A DNA stretch of 63,814 nucleotides, filler included, from Folioceros fuciformis (taxonomy: Eukaryota), in the NCBI GenBank assembly GCA_049999805.1. It is 13 parts of 13 records of this genome, joined end to end, with 100 filler letters (N's around TTAATTAATTAA, not from the genome) between each part and the next. Parts side by side here need not be neighbours in the genome. Positions count along the whole stretch, not along the records: positions 21,204 to 25,387 come from JBNGIO010002934.1; positions 25,488 to 30,491 come from JBNGIO010002935.1; positions 30,592 to 37,239 come from JBNGIO010002936.1; 10 more parts are not named here. One strand, given 5' to 3'. Within the stretch, counting starts at the first letter, position 1. Every line of letters begins with the position of its first letter. Position numbers and translations under genes: made by a program. The notes beneath the pieces were generated by a model. It made no database searches. It saw only the letters and a program-made list of their open reading frames with translations, and had not been told where the DNA came from. Shown one piece after another: positions 21,204 to 34,181 of this stretch.

Positions 21204-24200
21204 TGTTTTCACTAGAACAGACTGTAAGATCGTAGATGCATTTGACCCTAGGAAGGTACTTGCGTCTGGATTCTCTGACCATGACCTTTATCGTCTTGAT
21301 CTTCATCAAGGAATAGCTGATACTGACCAGTCACTAGCTATTTCTTAAGCCTCTGCACAACAAGTAGCAAAGTCTAAGTTGCGGCATGCACGTTTGGGTC
21401 ACCCTCACATGGCAAAATTGCATGAGTTGGCCGTGAGTAGCCTGTATGAAGATGGCCCCATTGGACCATTGGTTGATACTCCTCTATGTGAAGCTTGTGT
21501 ATTATCTAAGAAACGCCAAGCAGCTTTCAAGAATAAAGCACCTTACCGTGCCTCAGATCTCCTTGAGCTTGTACATACAGACTAGTGTGGACTCTTATCT
21601 CAAGAGTCCATTGGAGGTGGGCATTACTTTCTAACGTTTATTGATGACAAAAGTCGTTTTGTCACCACCTATATCCTGAAGAACAAGAGTGAATGCTTTT
21701 CCTACTTTAAGGAGTACATTAAGTTTGCTGAATGTTGGACAGGCAAACAGCTCAAGACACTTAGATCTGATAATGGCAGAGAATTCATATCTAATGAATT
21801 TCAAAACTTCTGTGAGGACAAAGGCATTGGTCATCAACTCACAGTTGTTTATACTCCACAGCAGAATGCAGTTGCAGAGTGTTTGAATCTTACTCTGCAG
21901 GAAATGGTTTCTTCTTTGCTGCACGATGCTATGCTGCCACTCCCTTATTAGGCTGAGGCCTTGATTACTTCAACTTATCTGCGCAATAGATTGCCAACAA
22001 GTGCAGTTGCAGATAAGACCCCTTATGAAGCCTTTACAGGCAGAAAGCCATCAATACAACATTTGAGGACTTTTGGCTGCCTAGCTTATGCCTTTATCCC
22101 TAAATAGAAGAGAGTTAAACTCTCAGATAAAGCACGTAAGCTCCTTATGCTGGGCTATACAGAAGGGATAAAAGCCTATAAGCTATATGATGTTCCATCT
22201 AACAGAGTAATCTATGCTCGGAGCATTACCTTTGATAAAACCAGGACTTGGGCTTTAGTGGGAGCTCATCCTGTAATACTAGAATCTGATGATGCAGAGA
22301 ACTCATTGGAGATTTCCCATTTTGATCTCACAGACCATGGGACTCAGAATTCGGATGTATCTTCTACAAAGGGGGCAACTCAAGCCGCTGTTACAGAGTT
22401 AGAGGATGCACCTTTGTTGACTGACTCTGACCAGCCCGTTATGCAGGACCTGCATCCTCGTCAAGACATATTACATGATCCCCTACTTGATAGTGAAACA
22501 TTAGAATTTGAAGAGTTGCCAGATTCTGTTGATCCCACTGATGAGATTGCATCAACTCCTATGCCAGCTCCTGAACTTGCTCGTCGTTATCCCACACAAG
22601 AACAGCGAACTCCTGACTTCTATAGTGCACCTGATTTTTGTCCATGTTCTGCTCATCTTTGGGCATATATTGTTATCTCACTTGATCTTGTTGAACCACA
22701 GTCTTATGCTGAGGCTTTGAGCAGACTTGATCATCAAGACTGGCAAAAGGACATATAGTCAAAATATGACTCTCATTGAGAATGGCACTTGGGAGTTAGC
22801 TAAATTACCTCCTGGTAGGAAGATGGTCTCATGCATATGGGTATTTAAACTCAAAGTCAAAGCAGATGGCACATTTGATAAGTATAAGGCTAGACTTGTA
22901 GCAAGAGGCTTTTCATAAATCCCAGGTGTGGATTACTTGGAGACTTATGCTCCTGTGGTCAAGCTACCAACCCCACGAGCCATTTGTGCAATATCAGCAT
23001 ATAAGAATTATGAGCTGCATATGTTTGATGTTAAAACAGCATTTTTGAATGGTAAGCTTGACATAGAGATTTATATGGAACAGCCTCTTGGTTTTGAAGT
23101 CAAGGGGAAGGAGGATTACGTTTGCGAATTGAATAAAACCTTATATGGCTTGAAGCAGTTTGCTGTGGCTTGGAATGCAGTGCTAGATGCTGAACTTTTA
23201 GCTTTTGATTTCACCAAGAGCCAAGCAGATGGAAGCCTGTACATTTACAACAAGAATGATATTGTGTGTTATCTGGCAGTATATGTAGATGGTCTAATTC
23301 TGTCCAGTAACAATCAAGCTTTCATCATAACGATCACAGACTTGCTGGCCACAAAGTTTAAGATGTCGAACCTTGGCCCTCTACAAAGTTGTTTTTGCAT
23401 ATATGTACAGCGCAATAGAGAAAAGCGGGTCATAACTCTTACACAACCAAGATATTTGCTAACTAGCATAAAGCAGCTAGGTCTAAAAGATGCAAAACCA
23501 AGTGCAACACCCTTACCTTCTAGTCTGAAGTTGAGCAATGAAATGTCACCTCAGACAGATGCTGAAAAAGCAAAAATGGTTTTAGTTCCCTATAGAAAAG
23601 CCATTGGAAAGTTGATTTATGCTGCTAATGCTACCCGTCCAAAAGTAGCCTTTGCAACAAGCTCTCTCTCACAATTTCTAGAAAATCTTGGTCAAGAGCA
23701 TTGGACATGTGCTAAGAGAGTGTTTACATATTTGAAAGGAACTCTCAACAAAGGCATTCAATATAGTTACACACTTGGACAGCAACTTGAGCTTGAGGTC
23801 TATACTGACTCAGATTACGCTGGCAACATAAACAACAAAAAGTCAGTTTCTGGTTATGTTGTTAGTATTGCTGGTGGGCCGATTTGCTGGATGAGTAAGA
23901 AACAACCCACAATAGCACTCTCAAGTACAGAAGCTGAGTATAGGGTACTTACAGTAGCAATAAAGGAAGTGATCTGGTGCACATTATTGTTGAGTGAGAT
24001 GGGTATAGTTCTACCAACTTGTACAGTGATTCGCATAGATAATCAAGGCTCAATGTTACTGGCTCAGAACCCTATCTTTCATGCTAGAACAAAGCATGTA
24101 GAGGTTGAATACCACTTCATTCGTGACCTCGTCAAAGCTGGAAAGATTAGTCTGGAATACATCCCAACACAAGAGAATCCAGCAAATATTTTCACTAAAG

Positions 24201-24247
24201 CGCTTAGAAAGGAGCTTCATGAAGACATGTTAAACGTTTGGGCTTAG
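21204..24247 (+). pseudogene. Copia pol pseudogene (GAG-pre-integrase, integrase, RT, RNase H)
   Basis: HARLGHP, CEACV, RSDNGREF, YKARLVARG, LYGLKQ, YTDSDYAG and RTKHVEV; multiple stops; closely related to the element at 9292. Confidence 0.94.
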
Positions 24248-25487
24248 GGGACTCCTAGGAGTTCCTAGGCAATTCAGTTGAAAATTGACAGGACACAAGT
24301 GGCAGAGGGTCCTAACTACGGCGGCTGAAGGAAGAGCTCTCTTCCTTAGAATAGTCATTCAAGAAAGAACCATAGCTAGAGTCAGATTCTTCTGATTGAG
24401 GACTGTCTTCATCTGTTTTGGACGAATCTGGCGTATATGGATTGAACAGAGATTTGATTCTCTTCTTCTCTCTTTTTCTTACTTGACCAAAGAGCCTCCT
24501 ATCAGAATCTAAGTCTGCTTCTTCCTCCATCCATGTAGTAGACCCTGCCACAAACAGTGGGAGCTTAGAATGCCTCCTGCTTCACACCTCAACATAGTGA
24601 AGAAATGTAACTTCAGACATATCAGCAGCCAAAGCAAAACACTAGTTTTCAGACTTGCAACTTACTGTAGGTGCTGACAACGTGCCCTGCAAACAGCCAA
24701 CAGTTTTCAACCTTTATGCGCTCCATAGTCGATTTGATGCAGCCCACATCAACGTTGTACCAAAGAGGGCTGTGTGGATGCTTGATGGAACCAAATGTGA
24801 CAATCTATGTATCCTCATCCAGGCTTGGTGGGACAGGAAAGCTCACATGTTGATTTTGGTCAGTCTCAAATTCCCAAGAAGGAAGCTTTCCACTCTCAAC
24901 TTTGGTTGGCGGAACCTGTCTTGCAACCTAGGCGCCATGCTGATTGGACGAGGTGCTGAAGATCCTCCCATGGAGCCTTGAGATGCAGGCGGGGTCTTGC
25001 AGCGCTGAAGAATTCTTGTGGCGGCGCTCCGCGGGCTCCTAGATTTTTGCTTCTTGTCGGCGCTGCAGCCTGTTGTTCCAGAAGATGTTGCTTTCCTCTT
25101 GTTGCAAGCAGCTGCTCCAATGGCGGCAAACCACCCTAGGGCGTCCCATGCCTAGCATTGACGCTTGGTCGGCGCTCCGTCAGTAGAAGTATCCATCTCG
25201 CAAAGCTCAACTAGTTTCTGCTCCAGAAGTCTTATGAACGTGATGCTGAGGCGAACTTCACCCCTAAAGGTGACTCAACCTCTGCCCCTCCTCACCGAGC
25301 TAGAAACTGCAATTGGTGCGGAGCCGCCGGCCATTGGGCACGAGAGTGCCACAAGAAAGAGGCCAGAGAGCCGCAGAAGGCTTGTGANNNNNNNNNNNNN
25401 NNNNNNNNNNNNNNNNNNNNNNNNNNNNNNNTTAATTAATTAANNNNNNNNNNNNNNNNNNNNNNNNNNNNNNNNNNNNNNNNNNNN

Positions 25488-26291
25488 CTTCTCATCTCGA
25501 TCTCTCTTGAAGCAATTCCTTGCAAAATGTCCAACCTTGCCACAGTAATTGCAAGTGAGATTAGATCTACGATTTCTCCCCGTGAATGAAGAGGCCTCCG
25601 TTTGTTTCACAAGGTTGGCTGATCCATCGCCAATCTTCTTGGTCACAAAGGCTGATTCTTCCGATGTCGTCCCCTTCTCCTTTCGTTTGGTCTCCTCATG
25701 GAGTAGTCTTCCCACAACAATCTCAAATGTAAGAGCATCTACTCTTGATTCTAAAGCAACAATCAAATTGTTATATGACTCCGGCAAGCTTGCAAGAAGA
25801 GTCATCACAAGGTCATCATCCGTCACAGGAGCTCCAATGACTGCCAATTGTTGGGAAAGACTCCTCACCTTGTCTACATGCTCAATCACACTATCACTCT
25901 CACCCATTTGAATGGAAAAGAATCTACGCCTTAAGAACAAGCGATTCACAAGGCTCTTGTTCTCATACAAAGCCTCTAATTTCAACCAAGCCTCTCTTGC
26001 TGATTTGCAAGTGGTCACATGCATCAATTGTGCATCTTCTAAGTTGAAACAAATATTTGCAAAGGCCTTGCCTGCAAGCTCATCCCACTTGGGCTGTCTC
26101 TCCACTTCATTTGGACGCTCCTCGGTCCCCGACACAATTCCCCAAAGGCCTTTTTCAGCCAACAACATTTGCATCTTGAACTTCCACAAGTTGAAGTTGT
26201 CACCTCCAAACTTTGAGATAACTTGTAGAGTGACGGTCCCTTGGGTGTGTGGGCCCATAACCTGTTGAGATGTCACCCCCGCCATGCTCAA
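25488..26291 (-). CDS. Copia gag, open frame with CCHC knuckle; half-tRNA-primed element
   Basis: KFGGDNFNLWKFKM, LLASLPESY and CNYCGKVGHFARNC; 3' end cut by contig end. Confidence 0.93.
26249..26262 (-). promoter_or_regulatory. PBS complementary to the 5' half of tRNA-iMet
   Basis: GGTTATGGGCCCAC immediately after the LTR end CAACA; complementary to GTGGGCCCATAACC in the anticodon arm of plant tRNA-iMet. Confidence 0.88.
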
Positions 26292-26650
26292 AGGAGGTTA
26301 AAACAAGTTAGTTGAAGCAAGATGCAGAATCTCAAAACTAAGAGCACTATAACAAGGCTCTTAAACTCAAATAAAAAGGAGAATTACAAAAACAACACAA
26401 TACAAGTGAAGAGGGAGTTAGACTACATATACTAAGTGGGTTCATCCCTTCTTTTATGGACCTATGGGTGGCACTCTCATTTCGTGCCCAATATGGGATA
26501 AATGACCCCAAACCCTACAATACTTCTTTTGCCTAACATAGCAAAGTCTAATAAGTTATATATATATATATATTAATCATAACCTTAATCACTCTTACCA
26601 CTAATTAGTACAAACTCAATAAGCTGGATTAGCACTAAATAATCTCAACA
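26263..26650 (-). repeat. Copia 5' LTR (388 bp)
   Basis: Perfect 9-bp terminal inverted repeat TGTTGAGAT...ATCTCAACA; (TA)n TATA region near 26560. Confidence 0.85.
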
Positions 26651-27073
26651 TTAATCATGCTTAACAGCAAGGGAAATCAGGACCTCGGTTCGATCTCAAT
26701 CGGCTCAGCGCCCTAAGCCAGGAGTTCTGCACACAAGGTCCGGGGACATCACACCGTAGACCGCCCCTCCTCAATAGCAGGTCTGGCCCCTTATACTACC
26801 CTGGCCCATGACCCCCATCTCTGTCTACTAGGGTTAGCCTCAGTCCGCTGCCAATAGTCTCTCTCTCCGACCTAAGCCTATCCCTAATTCTAACCTAAGC
26901 CGCCCCTAACTCTGACCTAGACCTAACTCTAACCTAACCCTAATTATGACCTAATCCTAACCCCACCTAAACCAAGCCTAACGCTAACCTCCTGGACACT
27001 AGTTGCCCCTACCAACAATCAACCAGTGCCTCTCAAAAATGCTCTTCACTCCCTCGGACCCCTTGGATCATCT

Positions 27074-29735
27074 TGTAACCCTTTAGAGACCCCCTTCGCC
27101 TTCAGGTCCCTCACTCCACTCTGCTGGCCAAGACCCCTGACCCGGAAAAACTACCCCTCTAGTGCCCCGAAAGCGACAACCCACCATCTCTGCCAACATA
27201 ACCATCACTGGGTTTCCCACCCACTAGGAGCACGCTTGTACTAAGGGCTTTCTACCTTCAACCAACCAGGCGTGCTGCCATCCGCAAGCCGAATGCCACT
27301 TATGCCACTTATGTCCTCTAGTTGGGGTGGTATCCCCCAGCTTTGTCTGCACTCATTCTCCTGGCAGCCCACTTGGTGATTTTGAGTGTATCAAAGTGAC
27401 AACACTCTTGCCTGGAACCATCGTCTAGTAGTAGATGAGGCTCACCCTCTCTGCGAGGGCACCTGGGACTCCATACCGGCCGCTCGGCCAGACACTTTCA
27501 CCGCTGCTCATTCTCTAGACCTAGAAAGTACCCCTCCACAGTGTCATTGGAGCCTGCCTTTGGAGCTGGCCGTCCCCGAGCGCCTATGCCTACCTGGATC
27601 CCACCGGCAACCACCCCTACTAGCTGATCAACCCGGCTCCATGTCTGCTCGGCCGACCTCCTGCCTTCCGGATCCGTCAGCCTCCAGCCTGCTCACCAAG
27701 CGCTGGTCCCTGGGTCAGCCAACCCAATCTCCAGTGATCATTGCCTTGTAAACAGACTCCCCTGTTAACCAGCCGTGCCGCCCTAGTTGGCTGAACTCAG
27801 CGCCGTCCTTCCTCCAGCTGCATCTAGCCAACCAGCCCCAGGCGCTCTGCCCCCATATCAGCTAGCCATCCTGCTACATCCCGATCTACCTCTGTAGCTG
27901 GCTAGCGGCCGCCTGGCCTGAACCTCACTTGCCTGCCAGCACTACAAGCACGGCCCGGATCAACCCGAGGCCTGCCTGGCTTGGATCCAACATCACCCCT
28001 GGCTTGCCTACACTACCAGTCTGAACCCGACCAGTCGCCAGCCCTAGCCGGCTACCCGGCCTTCGAATCCGACCCTGGCCAGCCTGCTGGGTCCTCTAGC
28101 CACCGGCCCTACCTGATCTATTGGTCGCCCACCGGCTCCTAGGTCGCTTGGCTACTGCCCACAGCCGGCCTTTGCAAGCCAGCCACTGTCTGGCCGATCA
28201 GCCAGGCCGCCTGCCTGGCACCCATCCAGATCCATCCTAGCCAGTCGCTAGGCAGCTACCTGACTGCTTGCTGGCAGGCCAGGTCTGTCTGCCGCCGTTC
28301 CACCGACTAGCTCGGCTAGCCCGACCAGCCGGCCCCCCAAATCAGCCAACCGACCTACAGGCTGGCTACTCCTGTGTGCTCCAGGTTGCCTGGCTCTAGT
28401 CGTGAGCAGCCACAACCAGCCCTATCCACGCCGCCAGGGCTCGGCCCCGATTTGCTCCCGTCAGCCCGGCTGGACGGTCAGCCAGGCTTCCCAGACCCGT
28501 CAACAACCCGCCTGCTCATTGACCCGCCAGCCGTCTGCCCGATCTTTGCTAGTCCTTGGGCTATCTGCCTGGTTGCCTCCTTGCTCAGCCGCCTGCCAAC
28601 TGGCCTTGATCAGCCGCCTGCACCCTGGCCTCCATCAGCCGCAGCCAGCCCGGCTAGGATCAGCCCGAGGCCTGCCTGGCTTGGTCCAGCGCCGCCCCTG
28701 GCTTGGGTGTGCCTGTGCTACCACCCTTCTTGCTAAACTCCGGATCCAGACCCGTCTACCAGCAAGCCAGGCGCCGGCCTGGCTTCGGGATCTGCCCCCA
28801 AGCACCCTACCGAGCCACTTGCCATACAAGGCTGTCGGATTGGCCGCTTGCAGCCTGTTCCGCTGGCCGACCGCTGATGGCCGGCTCAGCCTCTGCTGCC
28901 CGGCCCAAGTCCACCCCGGCCAGCTCCTACAAGCCGAGCGGCTGGCCTGCTAGCAGCCCGACCTGGTCAGCCGCCATGGGCTGCACACCGGCCTCCCATC
29001 TTCAAGGATTTGGCCGGGTAGGCCCCCCCCTTCCCAGATCCTGCGTTGCCAGCCACCCGCCGGCTTAGATCCGTTGTCATGCCGCCTGTCGATACGGCCT
29101 CCTGGCTGGCTGGATCCGCCAGCTACCAGCTGCCGCCAATCGCATATCCGGCCAGGCCGACCGAAGCCACTGCCTGGATCTAGCTACCTACAGCGCAATG
29201 CCTTGCTGCATCCCCGCTTGGACGCCCGCAGTTTTTGATTTTACAGCCATTGGAGAGGTGCCGCCACCCAGCCTGTCCAGGACCTTATGCCATTGCCCGC
29301 GCCTGGCTGGTCTGCCTCCTGAATCTGATACTACCGCAGCCTCGGAGCGGCTTGCTGACCAAGACCCGACTGCTGCTGACCGCTTGCCAACCTCTAGATC
29401 CAGCCCCGGTCTCGACCGGCCTGGATCCGCCCAGCCAGGCCAGCCAGCCCACCCGTCAGCTGGCTGCTCCTTTGCGCTCCAGGCTGCCTGGCACCAGTCG
29501 TGAGCAGCCACAACCAGCCCGGACTCCGAGATGGGCCGCTTACCCTTCAGCTGGCCTGCCACCGACATGCCCGGCCTCCTGCCCTCCTGAACCTGGCCAG
29601 AAGCTAGCCCAGCAGACCCGCCCGCAGCTTGCCTGTAGCTAGGCCAGTCCCTTGGGATCAAATCCCAGTGCTATAACGACAAAGAGGGTTTGTGTGGACC
29701 TCGCGGTACCCCCGGGTACAATATTTTCCCCCACA
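27074..29735. repeat. Long C-rich LTR-like tract ending in CA before an Asp PBS
   Basis: Starts TGTAACCC; 27100-27167 matches 14899-14966; internal direct repeats at 27957/28657 and ~28397/29496; ends CCCCACA. Confidence 0.6.
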
Positions 29736-29738
29736 TTT

Positions 29739-29756
29739 TGGCTCCGTTGCCGGGGA
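29739..29756 (+). promoter_or_regulatory. PBS, tRNA-Asp (Athila-type)
   Basis: TGGCTCCGTTGCCGGGGA, 3 nt after CA; Athila consensus is TGGCGCCGTTGCCGGGGA. Confidence 0.88.
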
Positions 29757-29856
29757 ATTGAATAGATGTTGGGCACACAGGTAGGAGACTAACGGTTGAG
29801 TGGTGGAGTCTGAAGGAGGCCAAGGAGTAGGGGAGCCTAGAGGCGGTGGTTGATGG

Positions 29857-30491
29857 ATGCCGAGTGGAAGGAATAGCGCTGTGGAGTCTGAACCGTGGGA
29901 GCCGGCCTCGGAGCGACGTCAGCGTCAGGCAATGGAGCGACTTCAACAAATAGCCCGGAGGGTGCAGCGAGAACGTGGAGTTACTGCAAACCGGGAGGAG
30001 CCGAGGAGCCCAGCCATTGAGGAGAGCCAACCTCTGCTCGGGTTAATGGAGGTGGAGGAAGAGGTATTTGGTGTTGAGTGCTCTCGGTTACGACTTGCGG
30101 CAGGTCTTGGGACCCAACCTGGTCAACCTAACCAATCTAGCCAACCCAGTGAATCCAGTCTTGTTTTAGCTCAGGCAAACTTTGTGGGTTTAGAGGCCAG
30201 GTCTGGTCCGGTAGCCGAACGGACTACCCCAGTAGCCAGGCCCACTTCAGTAGCCATGAGCACTGCTCCAGTGGCCGTGACCACTAAGCAGTCATACCCC
30301 TTGTATGGAGAAAAGAAAGGATATGAGGACCCTGATGATTTTGTAGAGCGTTTTGAACAGCTGACCATCTCCAACCAGGAGGCGAACGATGTGCAACGTG
30401 TGCAGCTGTTCTATGGAGTTTTGCGGGGGGCTGGCGCTAAATGATACAAAAGGGAGTACCTTAAGACATCGACACCCCCAGCCACCTTCGA
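29857..30491 (+). pseudogene. Ty3/gypsy gag N-terminus
   Basis: EDPDDFVERFE...RVQLFYGVLRGAGAK*Y matches the retrotransposon gag pattern; the TGA replaces a conserved Trp. Confidence 0.75.
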
Positions 30492-30969
30492 NNNNNNNNN
30501 NNNNNNNNNNNNNNNNNNNNNNNNNNNNNNNNNNNTTAATTAATTAANNNNNNNNNNNNNNNNNNNNNNNNNNNNNNNNNNNNNNNNNNNNTGACACTGA
30601 CATACCCAGATACCCGTTCCTATGTTCAAACCATTATTATATTATTTTTATTATTTAATATTATTATGTTATTATTTAATCATTTAATATTATATATCTT
30701 TAATTAATATTAAACTACTCACGCAACCCTATGGCCTGGTACCGAACCTAAACCTTCCCAGGTCTGGGACCAAACCTATACCCACTCTTATAACCAAACC
30801 AACTATTTCCTGGTCAATTAACCTAATTAACACAAAGAAAAATAGGAAAAATGACCAGAAAATCAAGGAAAATTAGGGAAAATAAGTTGAAAAAGAAAAC
30901 CAAACCATACCACTATTAACCCTTTTTCAACCAAAACAAACTACTACCCCAAACTTTGGAGGTTCATAG

Positions 30970-33349
30970 TTGTTCAGACGGGTGTGCGTAAGCTGGGGAG
31001 CCAAATATCCTTAAGTGGTTAATACGGGGCCTATGATTAGTCCATCGCTGGAAGGGAGTGGCACCCGAGAAAGCACTCGTAGGTAACCTATTTTCGGATG
31101 TAGACTGCTGTAGCTACGGCTTCTGCCCAGTACTCACGGGAAAGACCAGACAGCTTAAGCATGGACTTAGCAGATTCCTGAAGATGCTTGTTACTGAGCT
31201 CAGCAAGTGGATTTTGCGAGGAAGTATAAGGTACGGTGAGTTGCCTGACTATCCCCAACTCCTTGCAATAATCCTTGAAAGCATTTGATGTAAATTCACC
31301 GCCGTTGTTACTGCACAGTGCAATGAGTGTCTCACCAGTCTACCGTTGTGCATATGGAACGTACTCCTGGAAACAGCCAAGGGTTTGGCTTTTTTCCTTG
31401 ATAAGGTACACCACTGCGTACCTGCTCCAGTTGTCCAGAAAAGTTAAGAAGTATAGGGCTCCGCCTAGGGATGCTGTGGACATAGGCTCGCATAGGTCAA
31501 TGTGGACCAGCTCTACTGCCTTGGTAGCTTGAGTAGGGTTCACATCCTTGTATGGAAGCCGATGATGTTTGCCAAACACACATGACTCACAAAACTGTCT
31601 GTCTGCAAATTGAAGCATAAATCTTTCTCTGTAGAGATTGTTGCTGGCCACCATCGCCTTTAGCTTGTCAAAGTTAACATGAGCAAGTCTGTAGTGCCAC
31701 AACATTACTGCTTCTTTCTTCTTGGTTTCAAGACTGACATTGACATGTGCTTGTGCAGGTTTGAGACCAAGCTTGGAGGAAATGTTCAGCTGATACAGGT
31801 CGTGAAAAGGGGCACCTGTTGCTAAGACCTTATTCTTATATTGGGGATCTGTGACAGTGAATTGCAGGCCTTTAAAAGAGACATCTCGATAGTTGTGTGT
31901 TGTTAACTTGCGTACAGACACAAGGTTTTTGACCATGGAGGGTACATGGAGGACATCCATAAGAACAAGTGTTGTTCTATCTGGAAGTAAGACAGGGATA
32001 GACCCTATGCCTTTGATGTGGAGGCCATTGTCATCCCCAAGAAGTACAAACTGACTAGGTGTCACATTCCTATACTCAGAGAATGACTTCTTGTAGTGAC
32101 AGATATGGGATGAAGCCCCGGAGTCTATGAACCAGACATGCTTATTAGAAGCTGTTGACACCATACAGACAACTAGAATGGTGTTGGATTTGTGGTGAGC
32201 GACATATGACTCCGGTGGAGCTGTACGGCGGGGCTCATTAGCCTTCTTCTTATGGCATTCGGCCTCCCAGTGGCCAAGGATCATACACTAGTTGCAGGGA
32301 CCCTTTTTCTTCGCCAAAGATGCTGCTTGTCGCTTTTTGTACTGTGAGTTGTCACCACTGCTGTTATTTGGCCAAGACTGACGGGGTGGTTGCTTCCTCG
32401 AGCCTCTATTTGTGTAGAGCGCCCGATTTGAAGTCTCTCCTCGGAGGGAGTTGCCACCTCTGCTTGCCTTACGTGTGGACTCTTCCTCGAGAAGAGCTCC
32501 AATCACATCAGACAGAGTGACTGCAAGGGCTTGGCCTGCTGGAGTTGCCTGGGCAAGATTTCGTAGCGACGAGCTTTGATTGCTCACGAAAGTCCAGTAA
32601 CTTTCAGGTAAAGAGAGCAGCAATGCAATAGCAGCCTGCATCTCAGTGGTCTTTGTGCCACTAGAAGAAAGTCTGGATCTCAACATTCTGAACTTGATGA
32701 CATGCTGTTCAACTGATTTGTGTTCCCTCATTTTTAGGTTGTAGAAGTCCCTTGTGGCACTTATCATCGAAGTTCCATTAGTTACTTGGTATACTTGAGT
32801 AAGGGAGTCCCAAACTGCTTTGGTGGAGTCCACATCTCGTGTATGATACATCATGGTTCCATCCAGTGCTGACTGGATGACACATAAAGCTCGTAGATCC
32901 AGTTTGGTCCATGCATCAATATCTGCCTATGCAGATCCCATTGCGGGTTTGGGTACAGTTCCTATCACTACACCCCAAAGATCATGTTCCTTAAGGATGG
33001 TTTGTACCCGTAAAGCCCAAATGTCAAACTATGTTCCGTTAAATCTGTCTTTTTGTTTAAAATCTACTTTCAGATTATGTACAGTAGTGTTGTTAGTCAC
33101 GGTGTTGGGCTGTTGAGCCATATTTGAAACAATTGCGTGTGCTGCAAGTGCAGCTAATTGTGATGTGTGACTGTTTACAGATACGGATGTAGTTGAACTT
33201 GACTGTGAGGACACGGGTGGCTGGTTAAAGGACAGAGGATCGACTACAAAATTTGGATTAGGATTCTGTTGGCGACCCTTGCCTCTACCTATTCCTCTAC
33301 CTCTGTGGTTTGGGTTATGTATTCCCCGCCCTTGGTTGTTGTATGACAT
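30970..33349 (-). pseudogene. Copia gag-PR-integrase pseudogene
   Basis: FKQKDRFNG, CN*CMILGHWEAEC, WFIDSGASSH, WHYRLAH, NGGEFTS and HLRIFGS. Confidence 0.92.
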
Positions 33350-33359
33350 GTGCCCCTGA

Positions 33360-34178
33360 TCACAGGGGTTGAGAAGCCTCGACTTCCAAAGCTTGAAATT
33401 GCTCAAGTTGAGTTGGGAAGGAGGATAGGTATACTTGAGACATTTTCATGAAATCAGCTATTGGTTCTTGCACAACTGAGGTTTTATCTGAGGTTCTGAC
33501 AGATGGTTCTATATGCTGAGCAGTGTTCAGGTTATACACTTGTCGTGATAGGAACTCAACATGGCGATTTAATGAATGAACCTGATTTTTTTACAAAGGA
33601 AATATGTTCCTTGGTGCTATTTGCTTGTGCCTTGACAAGATCGTGAACCTCTGACCGAAGCTTATCAAACGTATATGAAGAAGTGTCAAGATTGCATGAG
33701 CAAGAACTACAAAGGTTGGTGCGTACTAGCATCTTTGCTCTTTGTTCTGAAATCGAGAGTGGTGCTACTATTTCTTGTCAAATTTGATTCCTCAGGTTGG
33801 CAAGGGGATCAGGTTTTTGTACGTACCTATCCTGACTTGTGTTTTGACTCAATCTTGGTTGTGCAAGGGGCTAATAGTGATTTAAGAAGAAACGCTGCAA
33901 TTTGCGATGCTGTTCAGCCACGCTTTGTCCAGGCCTGCCTGCGAACGGGTCACAAGATGGGGTGTTGCGCCTTCCTCTCTATCTCGGCATTGCGCAGGAC
34001 TCAAGAGTAGTAATGCTCTACTGCGTTTGCAAGAAAAAGTATCCGCCATGCCCCCAAACCTGTTGAGAGAGCTTTTCAGTGCAGCAATCACCGCCCAGAA
34101 TTGCTCGTGAAGGAGATTCTTGATGCAATTATTGCTCTTGCAAGTGGCATAGATGCTAGGGGGCGCAATAGGATCCAT
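33360..34178 (-). pseudogene. Extra 5' ORF (ORF0) of copia, ~270 codons, decayed
   Basis: ATG 4 nt after the PBS; CKSNNC; later LCSSCSC then heptad-like LRSEVHDLVKAQ...VHSLNRHVEFLSRQVYNL; stops and frameshifts; ends just before gag. Confidence 0.55.
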
Positions 34179-34181
34179 CCT

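Noticed and set aside
29739-29756. tRNA genes at PBS sites
   Set aside because: Only 12-18-nt complements of tRNA segments; no cloverleaf.
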